Shown here one piece after another: positions 55,734-64,000 of a stretch of DNA of 64,000 nt. A program made the position numbers and the translations under genes. Numbering within the stretch: the first letter of the stretch is position 1; each line of letters starts with the position of its first letter. The stretch covers positions 5,146,001 through 5,210,000 of the forward strand of contig CM022669.1 of NCBI GenBank assembly GCA_012295275.1. Direction: 5' to 3'. The notes below the pieces were generated by a model that was not told the origin of the DNA, did not search any database, and saw only the letters and a program-made list of their open reading frames with translations. The stretch comes from Chrysomallon squamiferum. Its lineage: Eukaryota > Animalia > Mollusca.

Positions 55734-55936
55734 TAATTTAAAATGCCAGTTTTTGTTTTACATACAAACTTCTATTTATTTCGTCATTAATTTGTCCTCT
55801 TTTGTTTTTTTACACTACGTTTGAATGATATATATATAACAATGATAATAATAACAATATAAATTAAAATTTTACCCAGATTTTCAGCGAAAGAAGCAGG
55901 CAGATCCTGAGATACAACCAGCTCATTCGCTGTCAT
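52361..55936 (-). CDS. C2H2 zinc-finger protein (9 tandem C2H2 fingers plus N- and C-terminal C2HC-like fingers), 4 exons, ~818 aa if a 1-nt frameshift is corrected
   Basis: Exons (minus) 55876-55936, 54494-55521 (frameshift near 55061-55066), 53970-54053, 52361-53643. Fingers include YMCNLCSYQSKHLGFMQRHLSVH, YICNTCGYLAASNAGLTDHIRTH, YVCEVCGYRTSESGSLQKHLSIH and linker HAGVKPYKC. The exon total is 2456 nt, one short of a multiple of 3. Confidence 0.85.
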
Positions 55937-56565
55937 TTTTTTCACATCTTCCGTGTTAATAAATGATACGAGTTATCTTTCTTAGCTTCTTCTCTAGTAC
56001 TTTCCTTTCAATTATCGCAGCAAAGAACAACACATTTATAATCGACGAATTATTTTTCTAAATATTTTGCCTTTGTAAAAAATATATTTCTTTTTCTTAG
56101 ATAAATAAATAAACATTATTTGTTTTTGTATTTCCATAACACTAAAAACAAGCAGGCGAAAGTATATGTATACATGTTCTGTTTCTCATTTAAGGATGCG
56201 TCTAACAAGTTTATCAGAGACTATTTACTAGAGGAGACATTTCCTTTATCTTTTAACATAATATTAATGTTAAATAACTGACAAATAATGACATGCAAAA
56301 ATATTCATTAACAAATATTTTTTAATGTTATTTAACTTTAGCATTAATTGTTAAAAGGTAATAATGAATTCTGATTACTGAACTAAAAATCAATTTATTT
56401 ACTGTTCAATGAAAGGGAATATGTAAGTTTAAAATCATTAAACACCGCACGCACACATACGGAAACACGTGTTCACATACATTTAAAACGTCAACAGATT
56501 TCTATAAAATACAACATAACAATTGTTCTGTACAATTATTTTTATTAATTCTCAAAAAATAGGTC

Positions 56566-56635
<70 letters not shown>

Positions 56636-58114
56636 CCAGCAACATTTGTTGTCAGTAAATAACAATCTGCAATTCTAAAACAAACATTTTTCAATTAAAA
56701 AAAATTAATAATAAATATTAAAAAAACAAAAAAAAAAAAAAACAGGCTTTTGAATACAAAATAATTTTTAAAGTGTAAATTTTATAAATTTGAATAATAA
56801 AAAAGACATTTGAAAACTGAAAAAAAAAATATGTAAGAAAAAACCCCACCTATCAATTGTTAAAAAAAAAAAAAAAAAAAAAAAATATATATATATAAAT
56901 AAAAATATTTTCCCTATGTTTATTTTCTTTTTCTTTTGTAAATAAAATTTAAAAATTCTAAGAAAAATATCAAATATAAAACATATAAAGTAATATATAT
57001 CAATATCCATAAAAAAACAGCATAAACTGTACAGCAAGCAACTTTCTTCTTACAAAATAATTTGTAAAAGTACCACATTTTAAATGATACTCACATACAC
57101 AAAATAAATGTGATAATCAGATTCAAATATTCAACAGCAAATATATATATTTTTTAATTATTTAAATATTTTGATTGTGTATATCTGTATCGGTAGCAAA
57201 TCATATACAGCATGTGGCATGCAAATATGTGAATGTGTGTTCTTGTAACTCCTGTGTGTGTTTGCTTTAGATAAAGAAAATTTTATTACTCCTTACTGAA
57301 TTAGTATGTATGTTCTGTCTTTAAGTATATCTGTAATCACACCTATAGATCATCTGCAGCTGTTTTATAGCAATTAATAATGGTTAATTTTCTAAGCCTT
57401 AGATTAACATAATTAATTGTTTTTGTAATTCATTATGGAAAAAAATATGAATGATATTTAATGCTTTATAAATTGTAGGCTTTATATGAAATGAAAACTT
57501 TATCTGATTTTTACTGAGTATTTCAAAAGCATGAGATAATGATGATTAATAAATCATGAATCTGGTTTCACTTTTTTCTTCTTCTTTCATCATAACCAAA
57601 GATCATTAAAAAAAAGAGTAATATTATAATCTATTAGTTACTACAACAAATCGTTCTGCCATTTACATCAGCCATTTAAAAAGGATTTATCATTTTGATA
57701 ACATAAATATATATATATACATAAATCAAATTACTCCAAACATTACATAGAACTAATGAAAGGGCAAGCTAAGGGTATCTCAGAAATAATAAATTTTTGA
57801 AATGTAATAAAAGGTGACAAAAAACGTTAATACAAAAATCAGATATGTTCTTATTAAAAAAATACAAAATAACAGAAAAAAAAAAAAAAACCTACCTAAC
57901 GACCTAATAATAAATAAATAAATAAATAAATGAATAAATAATAATAACAGCAAAAGTTAACAATTTTTCAATAGCTATGAGGTTGTTTTAAGATAGTGAC
58001 ATTAACCTGCTTTTACAAAATTACTTAAGTATAAAACTATTTCTGCTTTGAAAACATTTAAATAAATAAATTTAAATATCAATTTTCATATTCAATTTAA
58101 ACTATATTCTTTTA

Positions 58115-58158
<44 letters not shown>

Positions 58159-58586
58159 AACACACACACAAATTGTCTCTATATATATGTATATGTGTAT
58201 GTATGTATATATATATATATATATATAAAAAAGAACATTGTTTAAACTGAATATAGAAACATAACATCTGCTAGTTCTGCAATTTAAATTAAAAAATATT
58301 TTGAAATAAAAAATCTCCAAGAGGTTTTTAAAAATAAGAAAATAAAAAATGTTATGATTGTTTTCATTCTGCTGAAAATGATAATATTAATTAATAATAA
58401 TTACAATTAATAAGCGGGCTATTTAAGACTCAGCTCTCAAATCAGAATGATAAAAAGCACTACATGAAACAAGTTACATAAATAATTCTTGTCCAAAAAA
58501 TAACTTTAGCTAGAATTAATATCACATGAAAAAAAAAAAAAAGAAAATGTATATATATTCTTTTTTCAGATAAGAAGTACAAATTG

Positions 58587-58620
<34 letters not shown>

Positions 58621-59527
58621 GCCCCACAAGCAAAAATATCACCATCAATTTCGGCCAAAAATATTATAAAATGTGAAAAAACAATATTTGGGATAACTCA
58701 AAAAAAAATTTTTTTGGACAAAAACAAACAAATCTGTTTTGCATTTTACTACAAAATATAAACTTGTATGTATATATATATGTATATACACACATTAATT
58801 ATATACAATAAATATTTCAACAACTAGATTATATATATTTACATTAATAGCATTTTGAATTAGCACATTTTAAATATTACTCTTCTTTTGAATGTGTAAT
58901 ATTAAAAAATAAAATAGAAAATAAACCAATACTGAACAAAACAAAGAGTGGTTTATGAAATCACATCACTGAAATGTGTACATATGCTTGCAAGAAGTAC
59001 TTATGTCAAATTGTTTTGGTAAAAAATGAGCTGCCATTGGAAAAATGACATTTATCATGTTGAATAATGCAAAGTGTTAACAAAGAGAAGTTCTCAATAT
59101 TGGGCTCATGTTTTGGTAAAAAACATAATTATTTTCAGTAATTTTTAAACTCAATGTCTCAAAAACATTTTATGACATAAGTAACGCTTGTAGACGTAAC
59201 ATCAAATGGCTTCAGTAAAACAGAATATTAATTATTTATAGCACTTCTTTGATCATTTCTGAAGAAGTTATCAGAATACAGATAACTACCGAGTTTATCA
59301 CATATGTATACTGCTGGCATTATAACATTATACCATTCACATCCAGAAAATGGTGTATTGCTATATTTTATAAAAGTATATTTCAGGCAAATATCAAGAG
59401 TAAGAAGAACAAATACAACCAACACTACCGTACCCCATAGTCTTTGATACCAAATTAACAGAAATCATACATATTCAATTAACTTCAATAATAATAATAA
59501 TAATAATATAAATAATAATAATAATAA

Positions 59528-59598
<71 letters not shown>

Positions 59599-61721
59599 TG
59601 ATGATAATAGTAATAAATGATTTTTAAAAAATAAGAAAAATCAGTAAACAAGAAATTTACAAAGAACAAACAAAACCTTTATCAGCAACTGTCCCCTAAA
59701 ACCACTCATGAAGAGATCAAATTAAAAGGAGCTGTTTTGCCTCCTTAATTGCACAAGCCTGTCAACTTGCACTGTAACAACCAAGTTGTTCCATAAAACA
59801 CAAAAAATACATATTACTTAAATACAAACACATTATCAGTTTAGACTGAAGTACACGCACACATACTTATATATATATATGAAAATGAAGTAAATGTTCA
59901 CATATTATTATATGTAAACATGAATTTACAAACATAAACACTCATTCTGAAGAGACCTACACAGTCTACACTAGAATATAAATATTCATTAAAATGGCAT
60001 CCATCCATCCACCAACACTTGCATGCACGCACACACAAAACTGATTAGAGAGAGAAATTTATAAAAAAAAAATAATTAAAGTACAAAACAAAAATAGTAC
60101 ATCCTACATACAATGCAGGTTTATATCTATCTCTACAAGCTGATACTTTCAGTAACATGATTAACATGTTACATGCTAAAGGTTTCTTTTTTTCTTTCTA
60201 GTTTTAAATTTAACTAACATACTTTCTAGATAACTCTGTATCTGCAAATGTTAATAGTAATCATCCATATTAAAACTGAATGGAATATTAAGAAAGAGAA
60301 ATTTTAAAAATATTACTAATAACAGAGGCAAAACAGGGAGCAGAATTCATAGTTAATTTTCTTTAACTGCATCTGTCATGAATTTGTAGACTGAAATAAT
60401 AATAACAACAATGGTAATAATAACAATATTAATAATTAAAATGGTCAGCTATTGAAAATCTGTTATATAAACATAGTGTCCAGTCTGTTATTATTATTTT
60501 TGGTTGTTTGGCTAAATTATATTGCCAAAACCATAGCTAATCTGTTTAAAACACTTTAAATTTAAACAATTTAATAATTTAAAAAATTTAAAAATAAATA
60601 AATAAAAATAAAATCCCAAACATTAATATAAAAAAATAAAGAAGAAAAAAGTTCAATTAAATTACAGAAGGCATGTGAAATACTTAAAAAATAAATAAAT
60701 GTAAAAATTATGAATACAAATCAAGTTATCAAATTTTGATAAACACTGTACCTAAGAAATTATAAAAAAAAAGGAATAAATATAGATATATCTGGCCCTT
60801 TTATGAATCTGTGGCAAAGCTATTGATTTACCATTTATTTGTAACCTTTCATATATGTCTCTGCAAAAAAAAAAATGTAAAAAAAAAATAATATATAATA
60901 ACTATTAAACATTAAATAACAACAAGAAAAGTTATATTTAGTTATTTTGTTCCCTTTCCTTAATAAGTACAATTATCCCCATTCTTTTCAGGCTTATTAA
61001 TTTATTTTTTAAATAAATAAGAACTAAGAAACCAAAATAAATAATGTCTTCAGTCTTAAGAAAATAGACAGGAAGTAGGAAAATCTAAATATTAAATGTT
61101 CTAAGTTATGTGAAGATATTACACCTAAAAAAAAAAAAAAAAAAAAATATATATAAAAAAAAAAATGTGCTTAAAGTGAAGTATCAAAATATATAATAAA
61201 AAATAAAAAAACATTCTATCACACTAAGTCAGTCAGAATTTACTGAAAACATAACAAAATAACAAATCTTGTTTTAAAAAATAAAAACAAAAAACTATAT
61301 TTAGTTTTTCAACTAAAATTTTTCAAAAACTGAGAGTCTGGGGTCTTTTTAATCTTACTTGTATTTTACATACAAATAAGATAACAAAATCTAACAATTA
61401 TTTAACAAATATCTTATCCTTTCAGCAATGATATGAAGAAGGATCTTAGTTCCTTCAAGAAACCAATGAGTTGTGTGTTTTTCACAAGAATATAGATATT
61501 TCTAGTTGTCCAATAGAAAGTCTTTGTTTTTAACTTGAAAATATAATTTAGAGTTATTTATAACTTTATGTGAGAGAACCTAGAAGGATATGCAGATCTA
61601 AAAACATTGTCTCCATTTGTTTGGTAAAGGAAACAGCTTTTGGAGTTGTTTCCACACTGTCCAGTAATGGCACAGCCATACTGTATATTTACAGACCTGA
61701 AATCACGTTTCACTCTGGTTT

Positions 61722-63026
61722 CTAGTAGAGTGCCCAACCAGTCCTGTGTTTCTTACAGGAACATACAGATTTGAAAACCTCTTCCAGAGAGGCATATGAC
61801 ATACTGCTCCAACCTTGCTCCAAATGGTGATCATTGATTTTCTCTAGACCAGGTGCTCCACTTACCAAAACGTCATAGATGCATGGTAAAGCAACTCGAT
61901 CTGAACTTACTATTGGTCCGTTCCATGGGTGACGAGCAACACGGAAAACCTTCAAGTTTGGCATGTTGATGTTCTGAACATAAAACCCTCTGCTCTGTGA
62001 AATGTCAAGATATTCTATTGAGGATGAGGACAATGTGTATGTAGTGAGTCCATCGTAACTTGGTGTCCACACCTCCAGCAGCAGCCGCTGCAGATGTGGA
62101 AGACTTTCCAAAACCTTGCTGAGAAGATGCTGAGGTAGAACCTGAAAAACAAAATACTTCTCCAATACCAAGTTTTTCAGTTTCTTCAGTCGACCCAAAA
62201 ACTTAACAGAGTTGTTTGACCATTCAAATGGCAACACAAGAGTGGTCAGGTTTGGAGACATAGCAGTGAACTGGTCAAATAAGTGGACAAACTTTCTTTG
62301 ACGTCGTCTGTGACTGCGAATTGCTTCACTACAGTGGTTGCAGGTCGCAGACTCAAGCCAGAACGGTTTGGACGGAGTTTCTTTCCAGTTCAGATGTGCA
62401 TATCTGAGATCAAAAAAGGACAGATTGCTGAATAGTTTATTCAGCATATTGAGGAACCCATCAGATGAGTCTACAATGTCAAACTTGAATTCCAGGGTAT
62501 GTACCCTAGGCTGCAGCTGCAAGATAAATGCCACGAACTGGTGAACCCTGTTTTTGTAACAGTCAAAACACTGCTGGCTTGCTGCATGAGGGGAGGAGGG
62601 TAAACATCCTGAAGGCAGAGATGAGAAGAGAACATTGTTCCACAAAGATGGGGTCTTCAGAACAGAACTCCACTCTCGGCATACAGATGAAGCTAAGCCT
62701 TTCTCCACATTTGACAGGTATGTAAAAATGTTCAGCTTACAGTCAAAGGGCAAATCCTGGAACTGCAGGATGCCACTGGATTGGATAAAATCAGGCTCTG
62801 CTGATCTCACCTGACTGCACTCGGAGTCAGTCGTTTTATGCTCATCTGCAGAGTCACTGCCAGAGAACAAAGGGAAATTTGTGGCATGGTAGCGATTGAT
62901 AGGAGAATTTTCAGGTGTGATGTTGGCAAGCTGTTTGGAGAGTGATGCTGCAGACTGGGTTCGTTTCCTTGATGATTTCTTGTGAGATCGTTTGGATGCT
63001 GCAATAACCTGACCCCTCGTTTCCAT
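61722..63026 (-). CDS. F-box domain protein with LRR/RNI-like C-terminal region, single coding exon, 434 aa
   Basis: Long ORF preceded by acceptor ttttatttcag (~63051). F-box motif FQDLPFDCKLNIFTYLSNVEKGLASSVCREWSSVLKTPSLW; leucine-periodic segments (PNLTTLVL, KLKNLVL, PHLQRLLL, IEYLDIS, MPNLKVF). Basic NLS-like N-terminus. Confidence 0.85.
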   Translation of the reverse strand: METRGQVIAASKRSHKKSSRKRTQSAASLSKQLANITPENSPINRYHATNFPLFSGSDSADEHKTTDSECSQVRSAEPDFIQSSGILQFQDLPFDCKLNIFTYLSNVEKGLASSVCREWSSVLKTPSLWNNVLFSSLPSGCLPSSPHAASQQCFDCYKNRVHQFVAFILQLQPRVHTLEFKFDIVDSSDGFLNMLNKLFSNLSFFDLRYAHLNWKETPSKPFWLESATCNHCSEAIRSHRRRQRKFVHLFDQFTAMSPNLTTLVLPFEWSNNSVKFLGRLKKLKNLVLEKYFVFQVLPQHLLSKVLESLPHLQRLLLEVWTPSYDGLTTYTLSSSSIEYLDISQSRGFYVQNINMPNLKVFRVARHPWNGPIVSSDRVALPCIYDVLVSGAPGLEKINDHHLEQGWSSMSYASLEEVFKSVCSCKKHRTGWALY

Positions 63027-64000
63027 GCAGAAGGTTTATAGCAAAAATATCTGAAATAAAAACATCAGGTTTAAGCTTTTATAAAAAAAGAAAAATTTAA
63101 AAATTAAAATAAATAATGACTAAAACAAAAACAAAAACAAAAACAAAAAAAAAATAAAATAATAAAGTCATCATTGTTTAAATGTTTAATTTCATACTTA
63201 ACAGCAAACAATAACTAAGTTTCTAATAGAAGTTCAGTAAATTTTAATATGAATAGTGAAACATACTACTAAACAATTATGGAATCCTGACTGGAGAAGG
63301 AAATATTTATTATATAATGAAATAATATTCTTAATCATTTAATATTGTAAATCAATTAAAACTGTTCACTACTACTACTACTAATACTTATAAAATATTA
63401 TGTTTTTTTATTATTATTATTATTATTTCTTGTTGGATATGTCAGTTATAAATATGTGTGATGAGACAGAAAAATTTGATATATTTAGTTGTTTACAGAT
63501 TTGTCAAATATAAAAATTTAAAATTTAAAGATATTTTAAAATGTTTTTTATATGTTTATCTCACTAGATGTCATGTCTTTATAATGACAGTTACAAAAGA
63601 GTGAGCAAAAGGGTTGTTTGGTGCTTTATGTCAGTCCTTGGATTAGTATTTTCTAGTAAATTTATGCACTGGCTAATTACCCATTCCAATTAATGTACCA
63701 TGGATTTTCATGTTTAAAGGAATATATATCATATAAGAATACATAAAAAGATGCATCAATAAAAATAGCAAAGCAGTCTGATTTGATGACATTCATTTTC
63801 ATATCAAAACTGAATGATATCTCATGACCACTGAGGTATGAATTAAAATTAGTTTATGTATTAACTGTTAGTTTCTATTAATTGTTGTTAGGAATTTACA
63901 GAAAATCCATCATATAAAGATATTAATCACAAGTCAACCACATAATTATTATTTACTACTTGGCCGAGTCTAACCTAAATATGTAAATAATTTGTATAAA

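Overview
AT-rich, microsatellite-laden eukaryotic (metazoan, probably molluscan/gastropod) genomic DNA; not prokaryotic. Most of the short ORFs in the track are translated microsatellites. Reading splice sites by hand gives eight protein-coding genes: a PRR16(Largen)/INSYN1-family gene (+), MYDGF (-, 5 exons) head-to-head with HSD17B4 (+, 23 coding exons), a single-coding-exon membrane-anchored FkbM-type methyltransferase (+), an alpha-arrestin/ARRDC (-, 7 exons) divergent from NUDT17 (+, 7 exons), a C2H2 zinc-finger gene (-, with an apparent 1-nt frameshift) and an F-box gene (-). Two deletion derivatives of one hAT/ZNF862-type DNA transposon lie in introns, one with perfect 16-bp TIRs and a probable 5-bp TSD. 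The most interesting signals are a gene block whose human homologues map to the 5q23/19p13/1q21/15q paralogon (possible ancient microsynteny), an alpha-arrestin lacking PPxY motifs, a Golgi-type FkbM protein with altered motifs, a long intronic fold-back built around (CT)n/(GA)n, and a mosaic CpG landscape. Gene identities and human map positions are from recall, not database searches. I see no strong evidence for a wholly new system.
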